The position numbers and the translations under genes were made by a program. Under the pieces are notes generated by a model. That model saw only the letters and a program-made list of their open reading frames with translations, did no database searches and had not been told where the DNA came from. 64,000 nt of DNA, from contig JABANN010000110.1 of NCBI GenBank assembly GCA_013115125.1, forward strand, positions 1-64,000, given 5' to 3'. Positions 50,023-62,801 of this stretch are shown piece by piece. How positions within the stretch are numbered: position 1 is the stretch's first letter; every line of letters begins with the position of its first letter. Source of the stretch: Perkinsus olseni (Eukaryota).

Positions 50023-51939
50023 ATGGATGCTACGAGATACTTCGTCTCAGGAGGGGTGCTCCTTCTGCACCGTCTGGGGCCCTACACGAGGAAAGGCCTT
50101 CCCATGCTACTTTTCGGCCTCCTCGGGCTGAAGCTGAGTGTGAAGTTGAGGAAACTGCTCATTCGCCCGCCTTTCCCAGGCCCCAATGTGAGCCGGGTAT
50201 TCCGAGAGGTATCTCCCAGCCTGGATCACCGATGGTGTCGGCGGTTTCTAGGAGCCCACCTCTCGCAGTGATAGCATTTCTGTCAGTTTCTGGGCTTTAT
50301 GTGGGCAGCTTTGAAGGGCCCCGCGAAACTTCTGAAATTTGTCGAGTCGTCAGCGGATGACTACGAAGGAGTCTACTCTGTTCGGTGCTACTCTGCCGTT
50401 CCCGCGCCGTTAAGGCTACCCTTCATTCGATCTCAGGACCCCCAACGGACCACTGCTCGTTATATCCGATCCGGGCATTGGTCGGGAAGTCTTGAAACAG
50501 CGACCGGACACCTTCGCTCGGTGGGAGGTCCCCAGGTTACTCAATGAGAGTAACATGGCTAATGCCGAAGGAGACCAGTGGAGAAGGTTGAGGAAACACG
50601 GGAGCAGCTCACTGAATGAAGCTTATGTCACGTCACTGCTGCCGGTCATATGCAACGAGATGGATAAACTGGTGAGATTCTCTCGGCGGGGTTGGGAGAA
50701 ACCATACCGATCAGTAGCGATGTCTTGACTATTCCTCAACGGTTCAACTCTGCAGGTAGAAACCATCCGCCTATCAACGCACAACGGGACGGTGAAATGG
50801 GCACCTGGCGAGGATCTTCGTGAGCAGGCCCTCAGGATTGTCTCGGCTGGCGTTGTTTCCAATGAAGATATCCCAAGTTACGCTAAAGGTGGGCCAAGGT
50901 GCTCCGGTAGAACCGATTTTGTATGGTCAGAAGCATTCCTGAGCAACGATACTCAGCAGCTCGTAGTGAGACTTACCCGGGAGCTCACCGACTGTGGGAA
51001 ATCACCGGTCGCATTTCTCTATGAAGATAGATTCTTATGGATAGCCTTATTCCCGACAGTTCGACGCGTGAGTTGGGATAACTATGAACCGTCGAACTGT
51101 CATCGGCCCATCAGTTACATAGAGACTGGCGGAATTTATGTGGCATTATAGACTCGACGTTTTCCGCAAGGTCGAGGAGAGCTCACAGTGGACTTAGTCC
51201 CCGCGAGGCGGCTGATAACATCCTATTGTGATAGCTCCCCAGGGAGGTGAAAATTACCTCGCCGTTGCTTCAGGCTGTGGCTTGCTGGCAGTGAAACTGT
51301 CTCTGTCACTTTGGCATGGTTGCTTTATCTATTTTGCCTCCACCCCGAAATACAAGAACGAGCTCGAGAGGAAGCCAAAGGAGCACGTGACGATTTGCTA
51401 ACGGCATTACAGTCTGGCAAGCTGCCGTTCATCGAAGCTTGTATTCATGAAACTCTTCGGGTGGGCCTTCCTGTGCGTCCTCACTCTCATCGCACTCGCC
51501 AGATGCACCCACCCGCCCCCGCCATTCCTGTCTTCTCTGTGAAGGAAACGCGTATCGGCCGGAAGCCCATACCTGTCGGGATCAACGTCTTGGTAGTGGT
51601 GGCCCAATCCACGTTGAAAGGGGGTGTGGACTTCAGGTGAGGCCACCTTCGTTGACCCGCTGTTAGTGAGCGCTTTCCAGGCCTGATCGTTGGCTGACTC
51701 CTGATGGTATGTCTATCGACCGTGACAGAACCAGTAAGCACCTTCTCTTCGGCTATGGTCGAAGGGCATGCCCTGGCAAAGATCTTGCTCTGAAGGAGGG
51801 CATAATCCTAGTAGCCAAGCTTCTCCAGAACTTCGCTACTATACGCCTGAGTCCCGGGGCCAAAGTTGTGCCCGGTTATAGCTCATTGGTAACCTTGGCG
51901 CCCATGGGGCTTGTATTGGAGATGAGACCAGAGCAATGA
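50023..51939 (+). CDS. Cytochrome P450 (multi-exon)
   Basis: N-terminal hydrophobic anchor and 'PPFPGP', 'GDQWRRLRK', I-helix 'LAGSETVS', K-helix 'ETLR', 'FRPDRW', heme motif 'FGYGRRACPG'. Confidence 0.93.
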
Positions 51940-53237
51940 AATAAGATTTTACCGAATAGCGGTACTCTATTGAAGAGAATTTCGCAGCAAGAGCGAAGCC
52001 CAAACAATCGAGTATGAGACCTGCTTTGTCACGGGCCTACTTACTCGGGGTATTACGGTACCTGCTCTTCTACATACTCATTTTCGAAGAAGTGTGTTGA
52101 AGATTTGTCGATGTTGTCCAATGATGTTTTACACATGGCGTTGGCCCCAAGGTGGCGGAGGCTCGATCCGTCCAGACTAGGCGCTATAGTTCATTTGTGC
52201 CGGAAGGCGTATCAGGTTCTTGGGAACCGAGTTCAAATGCTTCTTCTAGATGGTCGCGTCGCGTTCTGCCGAGTGACGGGTCGATTTCACAACGATAGCC
52301 CTTCTCGCGATGATGTGCCCGTCGCGCCCTTGCCTGGGTATAGTTGTTGTTCTGCTCCGGCACGAGGAAGAGCAGAGGACAAGGGCAGGGTTTGCCCGAG
52401 AGCCGCCTGTAATAGCATTCCAGAGGGTGAAGGCTGTCGGGTTCAAAGCACACGATACAAACTGCACCCTGCAAAGGCTGCTCACTGACCGGCTTTTCAC
52501 GGCCGCGGCCGTGGCTCGGCCTCGACGTGAGTCTTTGACACAGCGCATGGAGGTCAAAGACATGGAGGCATGTAGATCCTTATTGCGCTAGCCTGAGAGG
52601 AGTTTCCTCCCCACCCGACCCTCATTCACCTTCAGCGGACAGTCCACTGTGGACTTCGATGTTTCGCGTCACCCAGCACGTTTTCACTCCCATCCGGCTG
52701 CTGGTGCTTCGCCCTACAGCCCGCCCGAGGTACATCTAGGAAGTTCACGATCCATCGATCCCAGCTGGTAGCACCAAGCAGGTCGGAGATATCAGCAAGA
52801 TAGGTCCGCAGCTGCCCCTTCCGTATGTTCAAACTGAATTAACTACCGGAGACCAGCAGAGACTACTCGTCGCTCACATGTCGTAAAGGCTCTTCGCTTG
52901 GTTTAAGCTGCTTCGGCGCTCTGCATGTATTCAACACAGAGCTGAGAACAGAGTCAGACAGATGGAATCCGACTTTTTAATCAAAACGAAGCGTTGCGGT
53001 CGCATGTGAATTCTGACATAAATGCCAAATTGAGAGGCTGAAATTCAAACAAGCCCGAGAACACGGCGGGAGCAACTGCAAACCTGTAGAGGAAGCCGGC
53101 ACGTGAACCGGGAACAGAAATTCATGGTCCGATGCAACTAAGAGTACTGCAACGCAACTCTGGTGACGATGTCGAATTGAAATTATAACATTATCATTAC
53201 TGATCTCTTCATGTGCCAACATTAACGGTGGAAGGGT

Positions 53238-56200
53238 CTATCGTCCATTGGGATTAACATCGATATTGGAAGAACTATTATCCGCTGTGATGAATCTATC
53301 AAGCTCGTTCATGGTGTCGATCACTTCGGGTGGCAATGATGATGACCGATGCCGTAAATGCTGTTCAGCGGCCAACAGCCTGTGTATGGACGCGAACTGG
53401 TCGAAACAGGAGTTACACCGTTCAAGCCGATCTTCTCGGGACAAGTCAACCTGACGACGGCTGCATCTGATCATACTTGATGTGATGCCGCACTATACCT
53501 GTCCGTTTGCTTTAGTCGTGTCCATTCCGGCGCTTCGAGTCCCAATAATCAAGCTTCCGAAGTTTCTAAGCAGCGTCCGAACTGCAGCCATCGCGGCTTG
53601 TCGCGTCTCTGGGCGACCACAGAGTAATCGAAGCTCCGGCAAGAAGGTCTTTTGGCACTGTGCCAAGGTGACCACGAAGGACTTGTCCGTGTGGAAAACA
53701 TTTTCGAGCATCCCAACCATCACGCCTGGGGAGTTCTTATCGCCACGGCAGCAGACGTCGAGCCCAGCGGAAACATCACAATCCTCCAACCATAGTCGTC
53801 CGAAGGTTTTCACTGCGCTGAGCTGTCTTCGGAGACCCTTAAGAAAGCTCGGATTCGAAAGAGTGGAGGCTCGTAGACCATTAGCATTCGCCGTCGACCT
53901 CGGGGAAGGCGATGACTTAGGAGACTTGTTACTGCCCAGATCTGATTCGTTGATTGAGGCCGACCTTTGCAGTGAGAAGTGAGGCTTCCTGAAGAGGATG
54001 CACAACTTCCAGCGGGGATCTCAGAATTCACTTCAATCGTCAGGCTCATACGAGTCCGGTCTGAGCTGGGGCTACTCTGTGGAGGAGTTGCTGTAGTTCT
54101 TCTGCAAATTCCGTGGTTGGTGCTTCTTCGCTCTGACTTTTCCTCGCTCCTCTCCGACTGTAGAGCTGCCAGCGGAGCCCGGTGGAGATGGTGTCTTGTT
54201 ACTCGGCTTTGGGCTACCTCTGAGAAGTAAGGGATTGCCCGTCATCTGGCAGGCACACCGCACCTCCGCAGCGCTGCTCTCGCGGTTTCTGCAACAATCG
54301 GCTCGACTCTCGTAATTCGCGGGGACCTAAAGAGAACTCATGCTCGACCGTGACACCTTGCCGTTAGACGCACCGCTCGGCGAGGGCGGTCTTCGGGCGA
54401 GCGGCTCTCGGCTCGGCCGACGCTGGGCTAGAATCCGGTCCTTTCGTCGGGGCCGGTGGTCTAGGTATCCGGAGACGTTCCGACGCTGGGGGAGATGCTT
54501 GCACCGGGAGTTCGTCCAGGTTTTCCAATCTCCATACTCGCACCTGCAAGGATGAAGTGCCAGATTCACCGAACGAGGTAGCCCAACCTGAGGGCCTTCG
54601 TGGGAGACAACCACTGCCCTGTTGGCAGTACTGCTGCCGCTGATTCTGATATCGGAAGCACCGCACCATTGCCCAGGGGCGGGGAGAGGGTGGACCGCCT
54701 CGCACGCGATACGACAGTACTCAGGATCCCAGGAGAAGACCTTGAGAGCGTCCTGAAGGAAGAGCTGGTCGGAGGGCTAAAATTGTAGTGAGCGGCACCT
54801 GGGAACCGTGGAGGAGCGAGGTGCCATCTGGGCGGAACTTTACGAACTTCACCGCCGAATGATCGATTTCAGATGTACCTGGAAACATCTTCGAGGAGCA
54901 AAGGTCTATCCGTGGTCTACGTAGGTCGGAAGGATACGCCGCGTGGGCTGCTCACCAGCTAAGGAGAAGGTATCGCAGTTCCACAGTTTGCAAGTTCTAT
55001 CCTCCGATCCCGATACGAGGTAGAAGTCGGCTGGGTGGAAGTCCAGGGCGGTGACCTGAGCTCATGCTAGTGCTGTACCGCACAGGCGAGAAACATGCGT
55101 TGGAACCACTTGACTCAATGCTCCCCATAGGAAGAAATATACTATTGGGACTGCAGTAATCCTTGCAGAGCCGTTCAGTGTTTGCATCGACCAGCCAGCA
55201 CCGTGTAGCGACACATTCCGCGTCACTCACAGCATCTTTGTGGGGGTCCTCCATATCCTTCAGTAACTTCCCGGCACTCAAGTCCCATAGCCTAACCGAA
55301 CCGTCGCTTCCACCCCCGACCAACCATTTCCCATGCGGCGAGAATCGAACCTGCGACCTCGGAGAGAATGCCATCCCGCGCAGGGGAGGGCCAGTCTTAC
55401 AACCCGTATCCTGCCGTCACTCGCCGCGAAATTGTGTCGAACAGCACCGAATTGGTGGCCTCGGTAGATCTGCACGCACTTCTGCTGGCGGAGGTCCCAA
55501 ATCTGAGGATAGACGGCAAGATGGATCGCATGAACGGTCGCGGCCGGATATGTGCTATGAGACACGCCGGAGACCCGGGAAAAGAGCAGCGAACGCCGCT
55601 AGAGAGCCGCACCGAGCGCATTGTCGGGGGGACCGGACTCTATACGCCTCTTCATACTAAAGAGGCGACCAAACTTTTCCCGCCCCAGTCGTCAATGGAA
55701 GATGGAATCCGGCCCGTCACGATTTTTCGTATCGCAAATTTTGCACGCATTTTATCATCAGGGCTTGTGGCTCAACGGTAGAGCATCTGACTCCAGATCA
55801 GACGGTTGTCCGTTCGAATCGGGCCAAGCTCATTTTCAAACCTCCTTCGAAGGAGGCCCAGTTCCGTCCCGAGTACTCCTACAGTATCAGCTCGGATGAA
55901 CTGCAATAACCTACGGCTACCTACGCGGTCCAGCATGATTCTCCCGAGTCATAACAAACTCAGGATTCCACAGGCCTTCTCATCACCTTAATATTTGTAT
56001 CAGCAGATGCCGTTGCGAAGAAGCTGCCATAAGGGTGGAACTCCACCGTGGTGCACTCCGTCTTGTGGCCGGGCAGAGAGGTCACCTAGAGCGACAATCG
56101 GCGGCTGACCACTTCCCTCTCAATTATGCGGGCTGAGTTGCTTTCTACGATGACTCGGCGCAGTAGCACAAAACCCGCGCATACTAATGGTTATGCGGTT

Positions 56201-56896
56201 CATCGTTGACACCTGCTCGGTGAGGGTCCCTCCAACAACCACGACTCTTCCTCAATTCGAAGCTAGAGCTGGTTGAGGGACGACCCTCAAGTTTATTCCC
56301 GAAACTGGCTCGTAGCAGCACGCTCTACTGATTGCCAATCAGTGACGACCAATCGACTACTCTGCGACTAACAGCTCCACTCGAACTTCCACCGACAACT
56401 TCTGAGCTCTCATTGAAGAGTAACCACATGTGTCTCTCTCAGCGCTCATTTCAATATCGAGAGTTAGGGCTTCGAATCCAATCCCTGCTGCCTCGCTATA
56501 GCAGCAGCTCTCTTCGAAGCCGCGTGTTCTACCACTTCCCCTCCCGTACTCTGACTGTCCCTCTACCACTCCGCGTAGCTCCACTTACCAGTTTCGAGCT
56601 CGCCACATCCCAGACTTTAATACCCCCTCCGGTACAGCCGGAAGCGATGATCTCCTCTTGTCGATCGAAGACCACGCAGGACACCGCACTGCCATGGCCT
56701 GAGACTCGAGCGGGCGAGGCCAGCGCCCTCCTCGTCGGCCCCTACCGTTGAGCGACATCAGCGCCGAGTTGCCTGTTCTCTCAATCCGCCATACATTCAC
56801 CCTTTTATCCTCTCCCCCCGTCACCAGCAGCCTTCCCGAGGCAAGGCCGAGCCGACAGCACAACACGCGGTCTGTATGTGCGGTGAAGGTCGTCAT
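53238..56896 (-). CDS. KATNB1: Katanin p80 WD40 subunit B1 (multi-exon; possible extra 5' exon to 57012)
   Basis: 'FTAHTDRV...GRLLVTGGEDKRVNVW', '[24 protein letters not shown]', 'RFSPHGKWLVGGGSDGSVRLWDL', C-terminal 'VDLSREDRLERC'. Confidence 0.9.
55761..55832 (+). tRNA. tRNA-Trp(CCA), copy 1 (antisense, within a katanin intron)
   Basis: GGGCTTG/CAAGCTC acceptor stem, TCTGA-CT CCA GA-TCAGA anticodon arm, GTTCGAATC T loop, TTTT terminator. Confidence 0.95.
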
Positions 56897-57180
56897 CTGA
56901 ATAGGTTCATCATTGACTGGCCTAGCCACTCAGGGCGCCCATCATCACAGGGATGGAATGAACAGTCATCTAGAAGTTGGAGGTAGTACCGGCGATTGGG
57001 TGCCTCCATCATACCCAATCGCGCCGACTCAAACGATGCAGCCCGTCTCTGGGCGAGCTTAGGTTCGGTCACGCGCAAATGCAAGTGCCGAAAAGAGTAA
57101 GTGATCTATTCAGGACCAGTTGTTGAATCGTGAGCCGATCGGTACGGGGTGTCGCTCAAGTTGTATCCAACACGTTAAAG

Positions 57181-57252
57181 GGGCTTGTGGCTCAACGGTA
57201 GAGCATCTGACTCCAGATCAGACGGTTGTCCGTTCGAATCGGGCCAAGCTCA
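57181..57252 (+). tRNA. tRNA-Trp(CCA), copy 2
   Basis: Identical 72-nt sequence to copy 1, followed by TTTTT. Confidence 0.95.
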
Positions 57253-58943
57253 TTTTTCCGAATTCTCAGTTCGCTCCCCCATTAGCCCCTCTTTATACAT
57301 TGAATATGCGGTTCGAACCTTCCTGTGAGCTGCTTGATTGTGATCTCCCGGAGCTGCTAGCGGACGTTGTGGCCATCATCGTTCCCGATTCAACCAAACT
57401 GCAGACATCCCCACTTTCCAACCGAGCACATATGCCCAACGACGGGGCAACCACAACCATCCTAGCACTACATGTCGCCGAGGCCGAGCATCCCTCCTTC
57501 GACTCCTAATTGACAACTACACCCAATATCTCTCGACTAACGGGTAATGATAGCAGAGTGTGATGACAGCAGTCGTAGAAGTGGCAGTAGCAGCAACAAA
57601 TAGATCCACCAAATCCTTTCCCCCCTCTGAGTCCGAGACACCGATTCCCGCTCAAAGCAATCTTGGGTAGAGGGAAAAGTACAATCGACGAACGGGGTGA
57701 GCATACGATGATGGTAGAGTAACAACCGCCTCGACCGCAGGACTCCTACTATTACATGCAAACGGTTCCGCGAACCAATATCGTTAAAAAGTTGAACCGA
57801 CTACTACTACGACCTGTGCCATCCTCCCATCATCTCGAGCTGCTGCTGCTGCTGCAGGATCAGCGGTACTGCAGTAACGTAAGGAGTAGCAGATCAGAAG
57901 GACAACCACTAACGCATATGCTGGAGGGCTTAGTAGAGGCTGGTGGATGGCTGGTCGAACGTCCGCTCTATTATCATACAGGGACGGGTGAGAGGGCGGG
58001 AGGAGACGTTTTACAGAAATGACAAATGCCAGCGTCTTCTACTTCTTCGTCCTCCAGTGGTCATCGTAATGGTGGCGGCGGCGGTGATGTCGGTATGATG
58101 TGTGTTGAAATGAGCAACAATAAGTAAGATAGATTTCACGTCTACTAATACTACTACTACTAATACCACAGAGAAAATTGACAAATGATAGCTTCTAACG
58201 AATCATCTAATTTTACACTAACCAGCCTAACCAAAATTTATCACCACTGAAATCACCACGATTAAAGCCGAGCGGATATCGATGGCCACGTGGAAATCTG
58301 ACAACGACAAATTTCCTTAGCGGAGTGAAGCAACCACTACCGACCTATCAAAATCTCCTATCAGCATGTACAAAAGGTGACCCATGGGGCAATCGTCAAA
58401 GGGATACCTGCAACGACACCATCCCGCGAAGGTTCTATCCCACCACCCCGCCATTTTACCATCCGCTCGACAGTCACCGCTCCTTCGCGAGTTACTTCAA
58501 CAGACCTTTGCTCATCTCGACTTTCTTCCATCGCACAATCAGCGACCGCTTGCGGCAGCGAGTGGACCGGACCGACTGGCCGATCATCATCGTCCCCTCC
58601 CTCGGAGTCAACATTAATCTGGTCGCCTTGGGGCAGATCCAGATCAGTGCGTGCTCTGTCTTGGGCCTGAAATGAGAACCCAATGACAACGAGGAACCCT
58701 TCCCAGGCGAACGCCTCCAGCGACCACTGAGCATGCTGTGGTCGGATTCGTCCAGACGAGCCATCTACAGGAATCTATAGCTCGATACCCTACAACTGAT
58801 TCAGCAGTGCGAGGTAGCTCGGCCCAACCAGACAGGACGACCGAGAGAGATTCCCGAGGCCAGATATGAGACAATACTCCGACCAGAGGTCGGCGAGAGC
58901 CAACGTTCTCCCAGAGTCAGCAGGCAATTATGACGACTCACTA

Positions 58944-60662
58944 TCACAAGGCGCAGGTTCGATACCTCCCCTCTCCTACCGTTCTTCCCTCCTCAGTTCG
59001 TCTCGGGGTCACATTCGGGAGGACCATCGGTCCCCCGCTAGCCGGTGACGGGGAGTAGGCCAGCGTACAGCTGACCTTGCCAGGCACCCCACCGCTCATC
59101 TTAGACCCACCACAGGCCAGCATCTTCTGCAGCAAACTCGGTCGTCTCAACTGCAGCTGTATCACACTCCTGCCCTGCTGCAGCGTCAGGCAGCCCTCCA
59201 CAGGCTTCGGGCCTCCGCTCTTGTAACTCGGGTTCAAATCAAGAACTCCTCCCGTCACCTCAACCCTCATCGGATTCGGAGCTTCCACTAGCGTGCCGAA
59301 CTTTGACTTCTGGTCTTCCAGCACAAAATAGGGTCGCTTGCCGCGACCCCCAGGGGCGAGGCGGATCACAGCGTGGCACCGGCTGACCGAGATGTCGTTG
59401 ATTCTAACATCAGCATCATGGCCTCGTCCAACCCGAATGACACCCCGAGGATTGTTGCCAAGGGACATGATATGGAGACCCTTCCGAGGCGCCTCCGTAC
59501 TCTGCTGCTGCTGCTGGCCGGATCTCCTCGAGTGATGATGGTGCTTGACTTTAGACTCGAGGATGATATACGGGGGAGCCGGCCGAGGGATCTCGTACAG
59601 ATCAATACGCTTAACACGACCGTTCTCAAGCGGCAGCTCGATAACACTGGGATAGGAGGTCTTGCAAAGCTCACAATCCAGACTTCTCCAAAAGTAGCTG
59701 TTGGCCAGGGGATGGCCGTCCCTCTCAGCGTCGGCATTGGTACCGTAGGGGTCGGGTCTCAGACACAGCCGGCCGTCCATCCACTGTCGCAGGCAGTTCA
59801 AGTGGATGAACTTCATGCTGCCTTTGCACGTGCAGGGCGCGACCAAAGGGTTCTCCTTCTCCCCAGCTTCATAACAAATCCGACAGAATCTCTCAGCAGG
59901 AGGTGGGACCTCTTCCGTGTCGTCATCATCAGCGTTCTTAAACTCAGTGCTGGCCGTAAGGGCGCTAGCTCTGTCATCACTGAAGTCACGACCACGATCT
60001 TCCTCAGACTCCCTCGTCCTCTCCTCAGCCTCTTCGGCAGTAGTTACAATTTCCTTTACTCTAATTTTGAATCTTCCTAGCTTCAACGTGTCCCCTTCTT
60101 CCAGTCGATGACCAGCTCCCTTATTATGACGTATCACCTCCCACAGCTTAGACGCCTTGTGGCCACCCTCGGTCGAGTCGCTACTGCTATCATCACCCTT
60201 CGGGGCGGCCCTTTCAACCCAATAACCACCATCCCTCTCGAACAGCCGCAGTAACCTTTTCGTCTTTAGCGAGCACCGTCCTCCATCAGGGCTCCCAGAC
60301 GAGTCCAAGGCGGCGTTGGCACCAGCCACAGTAGCAGCACTGCCGAGCGGCGAGGAGACGTCTTCTTCCTCATCCTCGTCGTCCGAGGGGAGGGCCGGCG
60401 TCATTGCGACCTCGCAGTTGGTACGGGTGACCAGGAACCCCTCGTCGCACATTTTCGCTCGGTAATTCCGTTTGTAGACGCTCTTAGCTTCATAGTCGAA
60501 GAGGCCTCGAGAGTCGTGGCTCCAAGTAAACGTCCGTGCAATCACCTCCACCGGGGTGAGGGCGTCAGAGTGATGGGACGTAGTGGAAGTCGTCTGGAGG
60601 CCGCCGCCTTGCCCCTTGGTCGAGCTACAACTACGACCACGACGAAGACGCGTTGAAGGCAT
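58944..60662 (-). CDS. FHA-like / RINGv (MARCH-type) / FHA protein, putative E3 ubiquitin ligase
   Basis: 'LEEGDTLKLGRFKIRV', 'CRICY...PLVAPCTCKGSMKFIHLNCLRQW...CELCK', 'RVGRGHDADVRINDISVSRCHA...DQKSKFGT'. Probably continues through further exons to about 58400. Confidence 0.9.
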   Translation of the reverse strand: MPSTRLRRGRSCSSTKGQGGGLQTTSTTSHHSDALTPVEVIARTFTWSHDSRGLFDYEAKSVYKRNYRAKMCDEGFLVTRTNCEVAMTPALPSDDEDEEEDVSSPLGSAATVAGANAALDSSGSPDGGRCSLKTKRLLRLFERDGGYWVERAAPKGDDSSSDSTEGGHKASKLWEVIRHNKGAGHRLEEGDTLKLGRFKIRVKEIVTTAEEAEERTRESEEDRGRDFSDDRASALTASTEFKNADDDDTEEVPPPAERFCRICYEAGEKENPLVAPCTCKGSMKFIHLNCLRQWMDGRLCLRPDPYGTNADAERDGHPLANSYFWRSLDCELCKTSYPSVIELPLENGRVKRIDLYEIPRPAPPYIILESKVKHHHHSRRSGQQQQQSTEAPRKGLHIMSLGNNPRGVIRVGRGHDADVRINDISVSRCHAVIRLAPGGRGKRPYFVLEDQKSKFGTLVEAPNPMRVEVTGGVLDLNPSYKSGGPKPVEGCLTLQQGRSVIQLQLRRPSLLQKMLACGGSKMSGGVPGKVSCTLAYSPSPASGGPMVLPNVTPRRTEEGRTVGEGRYRTCAL

Positions 60663-62801
60663 TAAAGACTGGCGGGACTCACTACAATGACAGAATGCTG
60701 ACCGCACGTGGGAAGGTAGACGAGAAATCGAAAATAGCGAAACGTGCATCACTTCGCTCCGCTAGAAAAGTTCAAAACAATAATAGCTTCGCTCCGCCTT
60801 TTCTTGTCGGCGCATTTGCATTGTGATCACCCCTCCGCCTGCTGTTTTTATGCGTAAGATTCTACCATTCGCCCTGATCAACCTAAGATACGCCTACAGT
60901 GGATCGCTGAAGGCTCAGTTCACCGTGGAGGGCGGGGGCCAAGTCTTCGTCGTTGATGCAGATGATTCAGCGGACGGGTAAGCCTTACTCATACCAACTT
61001 TTTCGTATCTTCCGATCGGCGACTGGTCCCGCCTCTTTTCTGACCGCGTTATCCTCTTCTACGTGACGCTAACTGGCGGCACGGGATTGTTCCAGTCTGT
61101 TGACTGGCGAATCGTAGGGCGTTGCACTTACTACGATTATCAACAACAAAAAATATAGAAAACTGAAATGTTATTAAGGGGTTGGTAAAATTTAAATACA
61201 ACTTATTCGCATAATAACAAGTTTTGCGAAAATTTATGTCGATAATTTCATGAGTTGTCTGATCTCAGTGACGCCCGACTGGGTCACTAATTTGCTTATC
61301 GCACTTCTCACGGGCTCAGGGCCAAGCTGTAGCCACTCGACCTGTTACAGTGTCCAGAAAACTTCGCGAAGTTTTGACGTACTTATGAACATTTCCTGTC
61401 GGCCGGAGAAAGGCATCCGCCGCTGATATTAGTATTAGTAGTACTTATAATCATTATTTCGTTAATTTTATTATGTCTTAGTCAGTACTCTATATAAACT
61501 GGTCAGCGTTTTATATTTTATCGTTATTATCGTACTACTGTAAAAATAATCTACACAGCCAATCTCGATATCGAGTGGGACGCACCGTACGAAAGTCCTC
61601 AGGGAGAAATCCCAACGACTTTCAGATAATCATTGCGGCACATGGATCATCACAATTTTTATGTACCCATTCAAAGGGGGCCACCGAAAACCGCACGTCT
61701 CACAATACGCATGGTACTCACGCTAAGAAGACACTGCCATGTTTTGGTATCCACACCTATGAGAAGTGCATTCCTGATCGCTCTGGGGTAAAATTTATAA
61801 ATTCATGTAGCAATTAATAGAATATCAATTTACTATGAAGTTTTTTGATAAATCCCCGCTGTGAGCTTTATGTGGTTAATACTTATGATCCTCATAGCGG
61901 GGTGCTGTAGATCGAGTTGGGATGGGGAGGGCCGTGAACCTTGAGAAGGACTAGCATCAGGTACAGCTGGTTCTCAGCAGCCGTGGATGGAGGTCACCTA
62001 GCGCACTGTCAACTCGTGAGGATCGATCAGTGAGTGCGATACGAATTACGCGAGGGGATAAGCGGTGGTCTGTAGGGAAGTGCTATGCCTCATGGACCCT
62101 GGTTCGATCCCTGCTCCCTCCTTTTCTCCTGTCCCCGACGGCACATCGCATGAGGAAGGCTCAGTTGGCATTGTTGTAGCGGATGGAGTCGTCACAGCGC
62201 TGGCCTTCAATGTAGTACACGGCAACTCTCTTTCATTATCGATCAATCAAAAAATCTCGCGAGAATTTGTATTCCGACCTGGGAAGGGTGGGAACGGAGA
62301 ATGCACTCTCGTCGTGTTGACCTGCTCTGATCTAGGGAATGGGTTCTCAAGCGGCAGGGGTGTGATAGGAGCTACTACCACACAGAGTGCAGTTCAAAAC
62401 GGCGCTCTGTTTTTACAACAGAGAGTCCGCGTTGTAACGTCAGCGTACAGCCCAACGTCACCGCCCTACCACCCGAGTGCGCCGCCAGCTGACTAGTAGC
62501 CACGGTACTGATGGTGGCACCGTGATGGTGGTCGTGGTAGGGCACATTCACGCCAGTTGTGGCGGCGGAGCTTGCCGGGAGGGAGGGAAGTATCTTAGTT
62601 TCGCCCCACCTTCTTTCCCAGCACTACTTTCTGTGCTCAATGAACCGGCCTTAACTGCTCCCTCTTGAAACAAGATATATCGATGCTAGTCTGACTGAGC
62701 CGGTCTTGGGCGTTGGGCTTAAAACTCTCGCACGCCCGCTCGGACGAAAAATAAGGACTTTTCCAATTTCTTTCTTACGCGAGTGGGAGTCGGTATTTCT
62801 C

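Noticed and set aside
50995-51275. P450 missing its middle helices (pseudogene)
   Set aside because: Short in-frame exons ('RFLWIALFPTVRR', 'LHRDWRNL...GLSPREAADNILL') bridge the region.
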